DNA from: Cladosporium halotolerans
Lineage: Eukaryota
Assembly (NCBI RefSeq): GCF_011745625.1
Contig: NW_027191457.1
Location: 1 to 64,000 of the forward strand
Reading direction: 5' to 3'
DNA: 64,000 nucleotides
A program made the translations under genes and the position numbers. This document shows, in pieces, positions 43,799 to 56,822 of this stretch; position 1 is the stretch's first letter, and each line of letters starts with the position of its first letter. A model generated the notes under the pieces. It searched no databases. It was not told the origin of the DNA and saw only the letters and a list, made by a program, of their open reading frames with translations.

Positions 43799-46726
43799 AT
43801 GCCGCCTCGTATAGCGCGGTCTAACGCGTCGGCCGCGGCGCCCAAAACCGCGAAAAACAAGAGCAAAAAGCGACAGCTCGACGCCTTCGCCATCGCCTCG
43901 CACGATGCGCCGGACAAGCTGCGCATTCGCCAGCACCGCTTGGGCGAATCGCTAGGCGAGCACCCGCGGGCAAAGCGCAGACGTCTGGAAGATGACGACG
44001 AGGACAGCGAGGGCGAGGAGCGGATTGACAGCGCTCGCATGCGCCAGGAACGCAGTGTCGATAAGCGAACTGGCACCGGACGGAAAGGTGGTCTGGACAA
44101 TGAGGACGTTGAATTTGGCAGCGATAGTGAGGGAAATGAGTGGACTATGGGTGGGCTGGGTAGTGAGGAGGAGGACGAAGAGATTGACTCCGACGAGGCC
44201 TTTGGCGAGAGTGATGAAGAGCGCTTTGATGGCTGGACGTTTCGCGGCAGTAAGAGCACAGGAAAGCCTAAGAAGAAGCCTGCAACCAAAAAGCCGAAGC
44301 TTGACGAGGATGGAGATTTAGATTTGAACGAAGACGAGGAAGAAGAGGAAGAGGAGTCCGACTCCGATTTTGGAGACGAAGGCGTTGATCTTGCTACAAT
44401 GCTGGACGACTACGACGAAGACAATCTTGGTGGAAAGGACAAGACTAAGCAAGACATGGGCGAGGAGAGTGCGAGCGACGAGGAAAGCTCTGAGGGTGAC
44501 GACGAGCAATCAGAGAGCTCCTCCGACGAGGAAGACGATGAACCCGAGGATGATGAGCGTCACGCCAGGCTGCAGGACTTTGTGGAGGCTCTCGACTCGA
44601 AGCCAGCTGACGAGAAGGAGCGTATCACATCTGGTGAAGACGGTGGCCTGACCGTAGACGACCTCCTGGCAGACGCCGACCTCGACAAGGCTACAATGGC
44701 AACATTCAAACCCAAGCGCAAGTCTAAAGCGCCTCAAACGCTCGCAGCGCCGCTTCCAAAGCGTCAGCAAGACAAGATCGATCGAGAGATCGCTACAGAG
44801 AAGGCGAACGAGCAGCTCGACAGATGGCGGGACACTGTCATGCAGAACCGACGTGCCGAGTTCTTGAGTTTCCCGCTGAAGCGCTCCGACGAGAACGAGC
44901 CTATTGGCAAAGACAAATTCGTCACAACGCAAGAAGAGAAGCCAAGGACCGAGCTTGAGGAGAGCATTCAGAAGATCATGGAAGAGAGCGGCATGGCATC
45001 GAAGAAGGATGGCAATGCGAAGATCGACGACGCTGAGCAAGATCTGCTCAAGGCCGAAGAGCTCGGTACGAACAAAATGCCCGTCGAGGAGGTCCTTAGG
45101 CGACGTGCAGAGCTTCGTCGGAACCGCGAGCTTTTGTTCCGCGAGGAAGCTAAGGCCAAGCGTATTTCCAAGATCAAATCAAAGTCCTACCGTCGCGTAC
45201 ACCGCAAGGAGCGCGAAAGGCAAGCGGAGAAAGAGCGCCAGCTTCTCGATCCCGAAGGCCTGGGTTTGCCCATGGATGAGGACGAGAAGGAGGTCGCGGA
45301 CCGCCGCCGTGCTGAAGCTAGGATGGGCGCTAAGCACAAGGACTCCAAGTGGGCCAAGAGTCTGAAGGCCACCAACCGCGACGTCTGGGACGAAGGCGCT
45401 AGAGAAGGTGCGATTGAGCAGGCCAGGAGGCAAGAAGATTTGAGGAAAAGGGTGGCCGGCCACGACGTCAGTGAAGGCTCGAGCGATGGCATGTCTGACG
45501 ATGATGATGACTCTGAGGACGACGACAACTCGAGCGATTTGAAGAAACTGGAAAAGCTTCGCAAGAGCGACGATGCGCCAGAAAAGGGCATCGGTGCCAT
45601 GAAGTTCATGAAAGACGCAGACGCGCGAAGGAAAGCCAAGAACGACGAGGCTCTCGATGAGCTTCGCAGGGAAATGGGCGGAGCACAGAGCGATGAGGAA
45701 GAGCAAGAGGAGAGCTTGGGCAGAGCCATCTTCGGTCCAGCCGAGACGAAGAATGAGAAAGCCGAACCCAAGCCTAAGCGTCCTGAGATGGAGGAAGGTG
45801 ATCTCTCTGAAGATGAGGATGATCGACCTAGGGATGCCCCCAAGCCCGCAGTCGCAGAGACGCAAGATCGCAGACAGGCGAAGTCGAAGAAGAGCGACAA
45901 GGCGAGCGGTCCACTTGCTAAAGCGCAGACCAAAGACCGTCGCGCAAAGGAAGACTCGCCAGAGGCCGAGGATCAGCCCAACCCCTGGCTCGCCGGTCCA
46001 ACCAAGACCAAGAAGTCAAAGGCGGACAAACAGTCTCAACGGGACGATGATGCCACCCTTGTCTCTCTCGACCAACCCAGCAAGTCTTCCAACAAGCAAA
46101 AGAAGGCCGCAGCCGCCTCCACAGACAAGTCCGAAGCAAACGGCACCGCGGCTCCCTCCACCAACGGGTGGCAAACCGTACCTTACAACAACGATGCTGC
46201 CTCCGACGACGAGCCCGAGACCGACAACCCCATCCTCTCCGCTGCGGACCAGAAAGCCGCTCTCTACGCCCGCGCCTTCGCCGGCGACGACGTCAAAGCC
46301 GCTTTCGACCTGGAGAAGGCCGATCAAGCCGCTTCAGAAGACGAAAAAGAGGTCTCCACCGCCATGCCTGGCTGGGGTAGCTGGGCGGGCGCCGGGCTTT
46401 CCAAGTCTGCGAAGAAGACGGCCGCTCGAGCGCGCCACAACCCGCTGCACAAGACAAAGCTGCCGGGTGGCGTCAAGCAGGACGCACGTAAGGACCGCAA
46501 GCTCGACAACGTGATTGTCAGCGAGAAGAGCGACCGCAAGGGTAAGAAGTACCTTGCGCCGGTGCTGCCGCACGGATTCGAAAAGGGAGAGGAGTACGAG
46601 CGCAGTTTGAGGCAGCCGATTGGCAAGGAGTGGGGTACGAAGGAGGTTGTGCAGAGAAATACCAGGCCGAGGGTTGTTACGAGGCCGGGCAAGATTATTG
46701 AGGCGATGGAGAGGCCGATGGTTTAG
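43799..46726 (+). CDS. UTP14: U3 snoRNP / SSU processome protein Utp14
   Basis: Motifs APLPKRQQDKIDRE, KAKRISKIKSKSYRR, RAFAGDDV, MPGWGSWAG and YERSLRQPIGKEW. Confidence 0.95.
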   Translation: MPPRIARSNASAAAPKTAKNKSKKRQLDAFAIASHDAPDKLRIRQHRLGESLGEHPRAKRRRLEDDDEDSEGEERIDSARMRQERSVDKRTGTGRKGGLDNEDVEFGSDSEGNEWTMGGLGSEEEDEEIDSDEAFGESDEERFDGWTFRGSKSTGKPKKKPATKKPKLDEDGDLDLNEDEEEEEEESDSDFGDEGVDLATMLDDYDEDNLGGKDKTKQDMGEESASDEESSEGDDEQSESSSDEEDDEPEDDERHARLQDFVEALDSKPADEKERITSGEDGGLTVDDLLADADLDKATMATFKPKRKSKAPQTLAAPLPKRQQDKIDREIATEKANEQLDRWRDTVMQNRRAEFLSFPLKRSDENEPIGKDKFVTTQEEKPRTELEESIQKIMEESGMASKKDGNAKIDDAEQDLLKAEELGTNKMPVEEVLRRRAELRRNRELLFREEAKAKRISKIKSKSYRRVHRKERERQAEKERQLLDPEGLGLPMDEDEKEVADRRRAEARMGAKHKDSKWAKSLKATNRDVWDEGAREGAIEQARRQEDLRKRVAGHDVSEGSSDGMSDDDDDSEDDDNSSDLKKLEKLRKSDDAPEKGIGAMKFMKDADARRKAKNDEALDELRREMGGAQSDEEEQEESLGRAIFGPAETKNEKAEPKPKRPEMEEGDLSEDEDDRPRDAPKPAVAETQDRRQAKSKKSDKASGPLAKAQTKDRRAKEDSPEAEDQPNPWLAGPTKTKKSKADKQSQRDDDATLVSLDQPSKSSNKQKKAAAASTDKSEANGTAAPSTNGWQTVPYNNDAASDDEPETDNPILSAADQKAALYARAFAGDDVKAAFDLEKADQAASEDEKEVSTAMPGWGSWAGAGLSKSAKKTAARARHNPLHKTKLPGGVKQDARKDRKLDNVIVSEKSDRKGKKYLAPVLPHGFEKGEEYERSLRQPIGKEWGTKEVVQRNTRPRVVTRPGKIIEAMERPMV

Positions 46727-48300
46727 ATGTAGTGTTGTCTATATGATGATGGCTTCTGAGCGGCACCCGTATCAAGAATACATCTCCAAGAGATTGCCCT
46801 CATGACCCTTTCGTTGCAGCAGAACAGACTCATTCTTCTTCAATTCATCCGCTGCACATAGCACCTCCCCTCACCTCCTACGCCCCATCTACCAACTCGA
46901 AATCACAGCTATAACACAAACCTCAACTACGCGCCATCACATCTCGCCACCAACCTTCCATCCACATCCACCACACCACCTCACCAACCCCCTCCCATCC
47001 AAAGGACCCGTCTCCGACTCAAACAAACAGCGGTGAAAGAACACCAAAGTCGACAGGTCAGGCCAGGCACCTCCCGCACCCCACCACGCCACCACGCAGC
47101 CCCCAACCTTAGGTACCTTCCCAAGCCTCGCGCGCAAGCCGCCCCAAACCCACGAAGAAACGCGCGCGCCACGCCCCCGCGGCCGAAAAGGCAACGCGCA
47201 CACGATCCCCACCGCGCAGCGCCACAGCGTACCTTAGAACAATCTGCTCCCTTCATTTCCAGAACGGCGCCATCGCTTCGGCGCCAACATGGCGCAATAA
47301 TCATTCGATTAGGTCTTCTTCAGCCGCCGGGCGCTCTGCAGAAAATAGCACAGCGCTCCCGCTCGCTCGCTCGTTTCACCCTCGCCGTCGAAACCCAGCC
47401 GAAGCCGGGCGAGCGAGCGAGCGAACCCTTTCCGCCGAGAAAGCGGACTGGACGTCGCGCGAAACGAAAGCGGGAGAGAAAAATAGCGTAGCTTGTAGGG
47501 CAAAGGGCCCCACCTCACCTCACCTTACCTTGCCTGAGAGGAAATAATTCACCGTAGGGTGCCGCGTCCCGCGGACAGATCGGAAAGTTCGTGGACCCTA
47601 GGTAGGTAGGTACAGTAGATATGCGCCCTGGCGGACGCTTTATGCAGGAGCCTTTTTTTCCGCTTAGCGTACCGAGTTTTGGCATCTTGAGGCTGCCTTT
47701 AGGGAGTAGTGCGGTTTTGGGGAGTGTTGCATGTTCTGTTTTGAGATGCGTGGTTTAGCGAGGGGAGGGGAGGGTTTTTGCTTGAGGGGAGGGGATTTGG
47801 GAATGAGGGATGGAAATGCGATGCTGGAAGAGCGTGAAGTGGAAGAGAAGAGTGATTTGTTTGAATGAGTTTTCGATTGTTTTTGGTGGTCGCTGCCTTT
47901 GATGAATCTGCTTCTTTTCTAACAAATATGCATGCGTCTCGCTGCGCGCGCCAGATGTATCTCATCTAGCCGCCTTCTTCCTCTCACCATTCTTTGATCG
48001 ATACAGATGAAAATGTAATGCCCAAAAAAACGCCAGTGTGTCATGCAAGGTGTGGTATCATGTTTGCCCTCTCCAAAAAGACAATGAAAAACTCCGCCTT
48101 CATCCATCCATCCATGCAGAGTGGAAGACTCGCGCCAGTCGAGCTCCCCTCCCCAGCCCAGATCCCTCGAATGAACCAGCCGTATGCTTCGTTTTTTGTT
48201 GCTGTGTCGTGTCAGGTCGTCGCACGACAAAGCCCAGCCCCGGTCCCCGAAACGCCAGTGCGAAAATATGCCCAAAAACCAAAAGTGCTGTCACCGCGAT

Positions 48301-49362
48301 CTAGTACTGCGGGCGCGAAGCCATGGTCGGCAGGAAGCGGGCGAAGATGTTGCCGGCGCGCTGCTTCTTGACGGGCTGGGCCTCGACGGCGGAGGCCATG
48401 GTCATGGGAACGTGGTGCTTGGCAGCGGGCTGCAGGTTGACGACGGAGTCGTTGGCCCGGATGTGCACGGCGGGCTCGGCAGGGTCGCAGGAGTAGCTGG
48501 AGGAGATGCTGGCCGGGGAGGTGGAGGAAGAGCTCGAGGCGTAGGAGGAGGCGGAGTGGCTGCGGGTGGGCGGGGAGAGCGAGGGTGTACGCGAGGAGGT
48601 GGCGCTTCTGCTGCTGCCGCGGCTAGCGGGCGAGCCGGCGTAGTAGCTGCGCTGGGCGTAGTCGGCGACGGTGGGCTCGGCGTAGCGCATCTGGCGCTGG
48701 GCGAGCTCGAGCTGCTGCTGCTCGAGGGCGGCGCGCTCTTCGCGGAGGCGCTTCTCGGCTTCCTGGGCTTGCCAGCTGCGGATGGGGGCGAGGAAGGGCT
48801 CGAAGTGGTGGAAGAGGTCGGCCTCGCTCACGTTGAGGTCCCAGTCGAGAAGGCCGAGGAGCTGCTTCTCCATGAGGTTGACTTCAGTGATGCTGAAGCC
48901 GAAGTTGTCGTAGCCGCGGACGGAGGTGTAGCGGGCCCAGTGCTTGTTCTTGGGGGAGGAGTCGTTGAGGTTCTTGGCAGCGAGGATGAGGGAGGCGAGG
49001 AAAATGCGGTGGACTGTGCAGCGCATTCCCTTTGCCACCGGAGGCAAACGCTGGGCCAGCCTGTCGAGGTAGACCAGAGAGGTCATGAGGGTGGGGACCT
49101 GAACGTGAGAGCGAGTAACCAGGGTGCTGATGAAGAGCTCAACGGAAGGCAGAGAGGGGTCGATCAGGTCGGCGGACTCGTGAGGAGGGGTGCCAGGCGG
49201 GGTAAGCAGGCTCTTGTTGGATACTGAAGAGTCCTCGCAACGGATGACCTGAGACGCCTTGTGGGCGAGATATGAGACCATCTCCTGTGAGACATCGAGG
49301 TAGATGAAGTGCTCCAGGGCAGCGGCGTTCTCAGCCTGGGAGGGCGTGGGAGCGAAAGACAT
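48301..49362 (-). CDS. Pho85-type G1 cyclin (Pcl1/2, PclA-like)
   Basis: Cyclin box [16 protein letters not shown]...[25 protein letters not shown]...[14 protein letters not shown]-like tail. Confidence 0.92.
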   Translation of the reverse strand: MSFAPTPSQAENAAALEHFIYLDVSQEMVSYLAHKASQVIRCEDSSVSNKSLLTPPGTPPHESADLIDPSLPSVELFISTLVTRSHVQVPTLMTSLVYLDRLAQRLPPVAKGMRCTVHRIFLASLILAAKNLNDSSPKNKHWARYTSVRGYDNFGFSITEVNLMEKQLLGLLDWDLNVSEADLFHHFEPFLAPIRSWQAQEAEKRLREERAALEQQQLELAQRQMRYAEPTVADYAQRSYYAGSPASRGSSRSATSSRTPSLSPPTRSHSASSYASSSSSTSPASISSSYSCDPAEPAVHIRANDSVVNLQPAAKHHVPMTMASAVEAQPVKKQRAGNIFARFLPTMASRPQY

Positions 49363-52300
49363 GTCGGGTAGTGTTGGTGGTGGTCGTCGTGTAATTAATC
49401 CGGTAGGCGGTTGATCGTTGACCAGTGGTAGGAAGTCGGGAATGCAAGAGACAGATCTCTTATGTTTCGAGAAACGACGACTTATTGATCGAAGTGGACA
49501 ATAGCAAGCGTGGCTGGTGTCGGGTGGAGTGTCGCGGATTGTTCCAGACTATTGTCGTGCTGTCACAAGCTGGTGAGTGCTGGATAGAAGAATAGCAAGG
49601 CCGGTCGACAATAGGATTAATAGTCCAGGCAGTGAGTGCAGTTGGACCAAGGGATAATTAGATGGACGTTGATCGCTCCAGGCGTTGACGATATCCAGAT
49701 ATCGCCAGGCGGTGATGTCGGCGTGGGCTCGCGGGCAGCGCGTCGGTGGGAAATTGGGGAAAGACAGAATAACGGCGACCGCACGACCAGCGAGCAGGAG
49801 CAGCTAAGTGTATGGAGGTGTAGCTCGGCAGCACGCACAGGCGGTCGAACAGGAGAGCACGCGAATCGCGGTCTGTGGGCAAAATGTGGTACCGGTGGGG
49901 CGGCAGGGGAGGCGTGAGGGTTCCTGTCGAGGGGCTTGGTGCAGGAGACGGCGCAGGACGTGCAGCCGTTGGACGGGGATGACGAGTGTGCGTGACGGGG
50001 TCGGCGTAGCGGAGGGGAGGAGGAGGAGCGCGGTGTGTATGAGTCGGAGCGGCGATGGATGATGTGGTCTGCCTGGTGACCGGACGGCGTGGCCCTTAAT
50101 ACCTTGCCTGGCGGGCCTGGCGGGCATGCCGGCCATGCCTGGCGAGTGGTGGCATGCGCGGGCTGGCCAGCAAGGCGGGTGTGCTGCGCTGCTGGCTGCT
50201 CGACCCAAAACCTCACGGCTGGAGGGCCAGAGAATGTGGAGTGGGCGGCGGCAGGGCGCGCGCTGGTTGGCCGAGGTGGGCGCGCGCGCTAGCCAGGGCG
50301 ACGGCGCAGGGACTCACTCGGACGGGCTCTCCCTCGACAGCCTCCAGCGGCGCCCAGCGAGCCAGCAAGCCCCAGCAAGCCCCAGCATCTCGCACGCCTG
50401 TTTCACTTGCTGCGTGCGCGCCTCGCCCTCCGCCGTTTCACCCTGCCGCTCCAACCGCACGCCTCCATCGCCGCTCGCCAGACGCTGCTCGCCCTCGCCA
50501 CGGCGGTGAGCGGCGCTGCGCGGTAGCGCGGCATCGTCCACGCCTCACCACGCGCCGGCCTCGCCTCTACTCGCCTCTATCCCGCACCGCATGCGTTTCG
50601 CCTGGCTCTCGCCCACCGCCTGCTGGCCAGCCGTGCCTTGCAGTCCTGCCGCGCCCGCCGCCGCGCCAGACAAAGCGCGTGAGAGCGTCTTCACGCCAGG
50701 CACGCCTCGCGCCTTCGCGCCAGACACCGCGACACGTCGTGATACCCATGGCGCGCTCCAGGGGCAGCCCCGGCCATGACGCCGGTGCGACTATAGCCGC
50801 CGCTCTGCTAATCCCCTTTGGCTTCTGATGGACAGGCGTGGCGTGGAGATCTGCCAGCGTGTGGCACTGCGGGCGTTGCGATCTGCACAGCGCCCACCCT
50901 CTCCTCACCTCGTTATATTCACATGTGAAGTATGCACCATCGCGCAATAACGCCCTGACCGCGTCCCGTGGCCGCGTGGTGTGGTTTGGTATAGCTGGGT
51001 ATAGCTGGGCGTGTCCGAGCCGTCTGTCTGGCTTTGGCTGGTGGCGCAACAGCGCGACGCCCAACCTTCGTCGCTGAATCATCCCGCGCCACCGGCCGTC
51101 AAAAGTCTCAGCTGGGCGGTCGAGGGCGCGCGGGCGAGTGGCTCGCCAGCCATATCCACCGCCGCATCTACATCCCGCAACGCGATATAACAATGAACAT
51201 CGCTGCAGCCTCGCGCGCGAATGGGAGCGCACCAGCAGCCATTAGGTTCGCCGTCGGCGGGCTCGGCGGTCGGGCGGCAGCGCGCGTACTTCGACCCTGC
51301 TTCGCGGGCATCTCGGCTCCAGACACCAGTCGAGCTTCGTCTTCCAACCAGGCAGACCCTCACGACCCTCTGATCGTCCGTACGCCAATCACCGCCGCCT
51401 TGCCCGGCTCCTCCACCACGCTCCTGAAAGATATGTGTCACCTGCGCAAACCATATCATATCACGCGTCGTCGCCGTTGAAGCTATCGAGCCTCCAAACC
51501 GCATGACTTGCGCAAGCCGGGAACTCCTGCCCATCGCTCGCCGCCCAGTCACGCGCCGGCACACCGCACGAGGTGTGCGCATGCTTCGGCGACGGGAGGC
51601 AGATTTCTCGCGTGCGAGCGAGCATGCCATTCGGCCCTTGTGGTATATCTTACATACATGCGAATATCGACACGACAAGCTCGGTGGCGCACAGGGCACG
51701 CCCACACTCGCTCACCAACGCTCTCCAGCCGGACAGATCGTCTGCTGCGCCAGTGTCGGCGTTCATCATCAAGCGGGCCTCACGCGCACTCCTCCTCCAC
51801 AGGCCTTTGACTAGCGCGCAAAGCCCGGTGCTCAACTGATGATAGAGCGGTGGAGTCGAGTCAGAGCGCAAGTCCACCGCTTCGTGTCACGAGCCGTCCA
51901 TCCAGTCGCAACGACTCGCCACTCACGTGCATCCCAGACCCGCGCCCGAAACACTTTCACCACCGTGAAACGCCACGCCTCTATACATAGTCCCGTGCAA
52001 TTGTGTGACGCAGCTCATCGTATCAGACCGCGCACCTCGAGGCCTCACACTCAGACACAAAGCCCCATTGTTCAATCCCAACGACACGCTCTGCGTCGCC
52101 GCCAAGCGCGGCCTCTGAAACTGCACCGCCCTGTCCTGTCCTGCAAGCCCGCAGGTCGTACTTTCTCTTACCGCGCGTCAGTCTGTCTGTAGGGCTGCGC
52201 AAGCGCCGCGTTGGAGCCTGCGACCCATGCTCGACCGAGCAAAACATTTTCTGCTTCGCGCCAACACTTGGAAGGGCAAGGGTGCGAGTAATAATACATA

Positions 52301-53091
52301 CGGCCCATCAATGCTGACATATTGTAATCGCACGGCGCCTATCCGAGCTGCTGACGTGCCGGTGGTTCCTAAATTGTCTCGAGTATCGCTTTTTCCCGGC
52401 AGCCTTAACATGACATTCTCGGGCTTGGACTCCAGCACGCACGGCAAAGTCGTAGCGCCTCCTCGCTTCACTCTTCCTCTCGCTAGCATTGCGTCACTAC
52501 CTCCTCGCGACCGTGCGCTAACCGCTCTGTAGAAATGTCGCAGAGGAGATTTGAAGACGATGAGGCGTTGCAACCCTATCTATTCGGGGGATAAGACATT
52601 TTGCGCTATAGCTCCTCGGGCCCGCGGCCGAAAGCCCGCTGCGCTGCGATTCGCCGTTCGCGCGGCATCGCCTCTATAGCGACTCGGACTCCAGGTGCTG
52701 TAGGCCGCACGCACGTCCTGTGGCGCCGCCTTGTCCCCAAGAAGGCAGCGCATATACACATACGGCTCGCGGGCGGAAATTCGAAGACGTTTTGATAAGT
52801 TCAAGTCTTCTGCCTTGCCGTGTGTGTCCCGTCGATTCCTCGCATTCCGTCTGCTGCCTTCCATCCAAAGGGTCAGCCCCGTTCTATTCCGTAGCCTACA
52901 GGGGATAAGACACACCAAACGCTCTACACCGCGTCTCGCGCTCGCATGGCAGAGCAGAGCAGTTGCGCGACCCGAACCACGTCACCCGTCGTCCGTCGAA
53001 AGCTGTCTCACCGCCAGCGACGGTTCTGGCTCCTGCGCCTTCAGGTTCAGGAGGAGATTTGGATCGCGGGTGCGTTGGGGGTTCGGGTTCA

Positions 53092-53359
53092 GTCTCTCAC
53101 AGACAGACTCGGACGCGCGAGAGGGGCGTTGACGTGGGAGTCGGTCTCTCACAGACAGACAGACACGGGCGGGCTGAGCTTTTGGTTTGGGGATGAGACA
53201 GCTTTGCGTGGTTTGTTCCGCTCCGCCACCTTCCGGGCGAGGTACGGTTTGCGATGTGGCGGACGGTGGGGGCTGCCGATGGTTCTTGGTCTGTTCTTGG
53301 GGTTGGAGGTGGGAGCGCGAGGGTGGCCTGGTGAGGAGGGTGGTTTGGGGATGAGACAG
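53092..53359. repeat. Two pairs of short exact direct repeats
   Basis: gtctctcacagacagac at 53092 and 53144; tggtttggggatgagacag at 53183 and 53341. Confidence 0.75.
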
Positions 53360-54562
53360 GTTGCGAGTCTGGACTGCGGAGGTCTGACGGCGAGTTGAAG
53401 TTGTTCAAGCGATCACGGTTTGGTCAGGAAGGTGGATGGCGCAGAGCGCCGGGCTTGCCTTGAGTGGCGAGTGCGTGGACGTGGACTTCTCGTCGATGGT
53501 TTCGATGAGGTACGGTATGGCGTTTGGGACGGGTTTTCTTTTCCATCATTTGAACCACGTAGTGTCTGGTTGAGAAGTAAATGTTTCTGAGGAAGGATTG
53601 TTGTGCCGTGAAGTCAGCACTCGATCGCGTCATGGATTCGTTTGTCTACTGATCGCGAGGGCGTGATCATCCAAACCGGGTATTGATTGTTAGAGAGTGC
53701 AAGCCATCGATTGTTCACACGCAACGCAGAGAACGCCGAGTATGGGTTGAACACTCTCTCGTTGAAGAGTCCACGTTCCCCTGATGTTGGAACACGTTGT
53801 TTCTATCACGGGTCTGTTTTCCGAGTCAACCCACCGATATCTTTTTGATTTTGGAAGGTGTTCTGCACAACGACGAGTCTCCGGCTGTGCTGCCGACTGA
53901 TCGTAAATACCCCCCCATTGTCGACCCGAGTCCGCGTTCGATCTGAGGGATTGCCAGTGACAATGATGAGATGTGTGGATAATGTGCCACTCTGCGCATC
54001 AACATTGCACAGATGATGCTTTGTGGGCTGGAAATAGCTGTCAGAAGACCATCTACTAGGGTTAGGGTTGGGGCAGCTTGGGGTTCCCACTCTGACGGGA
54101 ATTGCGGATTTCAAGGCGACCGCTAGATTTAATCGTACGGATACAAAGTTGACATGGAGAAGAGAGTGTAGGCTATATTGCTGTGTAGTTCACATCCCTG
54201 TCTTGTACGCTGCTGCCCTTTGAACAGGTTCGAGCCCTCTGCGAGCAACACATGGTGTTTCCACAATCGACTACATGTAGCGGGCTTACAGAACTCAACA
54301 ACATGCAGATCGATCGTGATTCCATGTGATAAGCCGGCTTCACTGGTTGACCTGTAGTTCTACCATTGGATCTAGCCTAGGCTAAAGTAAGTTGCGAAGG
54401 AAGGAGCAAACCAAGGTGTTGACAGCGGGTTCGGGATCGGCTCGCGTTTCAATTTATTTACGCGAGATAACTTGAAGCTTCACGAGCTGATTGCACCGCA
54501 CCACTCAGCTTGCCCGACATCTCAACCACAACCTTTCACCACACAGCTGAGATCAAGCTGCC

Positions 54563-56822
54563 ATGGCCATGGATTGGTCCGCCTTTGTAGGCTATATGAC
54601 TCAGCCGCCGGAAGACGATGTAGACGACGAGGATTTCTACAGCTTCGGTCCAAACACCGTCAAAAGTGATGACCACATGCAATCGACCGCAGGCGCATCT
54701 TCAACTGGAAAGGTAGGTCACCTCCGACATTGTTCTCGAGTCTGCTGACCCATGCTTCTCTTGTACAGCTTGATGCAAACGTGTCAACAGGAACCGACGC
54801 AGTGCAGTCCAACAGCAATGCTCCGATGACACCTTCAGCCGATGATAACCAGAAAAAGTTCGAACAACAGAAACAGCTCGAGACCCTGCGCAAGAGGCTG
54901 CTTGCAAAGAGAGCAAGCAGTGCACGCCCTGAGACGCCCTCGAAGACGACGAAGTGGGATGTGACACCGCAAGTGCAAGTGCAACAAAAAGTCGAGCAAC
55001 AGAGCATCAAGAAAGCAATGCGCGCACAAACTGAACAGCCAAGCGATGAATATGGGATTGAATCATTACTTGCCGAAGGCAAAGCCGCAACAGAACAAAA
55101 ATTGGCTCGGGACAAACAGGCAACCGCTGCAGCACTGACAACAGCAATGCCCGACCCGGCGAGAATGAATTCACAGCGAGTATCTTCAACAGGCTCGGCA
55201 CATGTGGATGTCGATCATGAGCGGCTCTCCGGCTCCAACACAGGATCCGCAGGTCCAACTCAGAGCAACAATACAAGACCACATCAAGCTACTGACATCA
55301 CAACAGTCAACAGCAACTCTACCGCGCATCCCGTGAAACTGTCTGATCCGTACTACGAGGATCTTGCTGTCTGGCTTGAATTTACTGGTTATCATGACGT
55401 GCAATTCCGCAATACGAAACTTAGCACCTACAAAGAACGCCGGGCGCTTGAAAAAGAGGCGGCCCGTATTGCAGAAAGGCTTGAGAAGCTCAAGGAAGTG
55501 GAGAAAACTGACTTAGAATCCTTGCGAGCAACAACAGCACACCCAACACCGGCCTCGCAGATGGCGCCACCACCGCTGCCGTCCACGATGCCGCCGGGAG
55601 AGATTCGATCTGGTGCGAATAGCCTCAAGCGCCCACATTCACCAGACTCTGTCGCGGCTGGAAAAGCAAGCCGCAGCTTCACTGACTCCGGCTACAAATT
55701 TCGAGGTGCTAACGGACTAATGGGAGCGTCTCACGACCTCTTCAGCGCTTCACAGCGTCGTCAGAGCCATTCGAAACGTCGTAAATCGTACGATGAACGC
55801 CAGGAAAGGGACCCATCTCTTGAGCGCCGCCTCAGTAATTTCGGGCCTCGAGGCGATGAACACGCCCGCGGCGATCACTCACAGTGGCCGTCTTCTCGCG
55901 AGCCTCCACGACGTTCCAGCGCCCGTGAGCACGAGCGCGAAGCTAGGCTCGGGTTCGGCAGTGTCAACCATGCTGGTGGCGCGCTGAACTACAGTGGCCC
56001 TGCGAGGTTGGATCTCCACAGAGGCGGTCAGTCAGATTCCTATCGTCCAAATAACTTTTGATGTCATCGCTTGCGGCTCAATCGATCATTGAACGCAGCG
56101 GAAAAGACCTGGTAATCGAACCGCATCAGGAGGAGCACAAAGGGTGCTAATCACTTCACACTCACCAGTAGCATGTCTTCAGCAGTACTGTGGCAATCCC
56201 ACACTCAAGTCAATAGCTCTTAATCACTCAGAAAGAACAAACATCTCCCATCTCCCAAATTGCCAACTTGAACCCCCAGAAGCCCTTACCAACCACTCCT
56301 CACAGGCGTCCGCTACTTCATGATCAAGTCCTGGAACCACGAAAACGTCTCGCAAGCGATGAAAGACGGCCTGTGGGCGACGCAGGAGAAGAACGAGCGC
56401 CTGCTCACCGACGCTTTCCACACCAGCCGCCACGTCATCCTGCTCTTCAGCGTCAACCGCAGCATGGCCTTCCAGGGCTACGTGCGTTTCCCCAGCTCCA
56501 CGCACTTTCACATCTCCCATCTAACACCGATTTCACGCAGGCCCTCATGACCTCCCCGCCAACGCCCTCCCTCTCCCTCCCTTCTTTCTGCGCCAAACTC
56601 AACTGGGCCACGTCGCCGGCTTTCTCGCTCCGCTGGCTCGCGACGACCCCCGTGCATTTCCGCAACGTGGGGCACTTGAAGAATACTTGCAATCCGGATG
56701 AGAGCGGGATGCCGCGCGCGGTGCTGGTGGGGAAGGATGGGCAGGAGATTAGTCAGGATGCTGGGCTGGGGGTTGTGGAGATCTTGGAGGAGGAAGAGCA
56801 GAGGGAATGGGGGAGGGAGTAG
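54563..56822 (+). CDS. YTH-domain RNA-binding protein (YTHDC1/Mmi1-like C-terminal YTH)
   Basis: Introns 54713-54768, 56027-56305 and 56482-56540 give VRYFMIKSWNHENV...GLWATQ...VILLFSVNRSMAFQGY...GKDGQEI. Confidence 0.85.

Noticed and set aside
48184..49227. 347-aa plus-strand ORF
   Set aside because: Antisense shadow of the cyclin gene.
54220..54245. GGTTCGAGCCC B-box-like motif suggesting a tRNA
   Set aside because: No cloverleaf or A box could be built around it.
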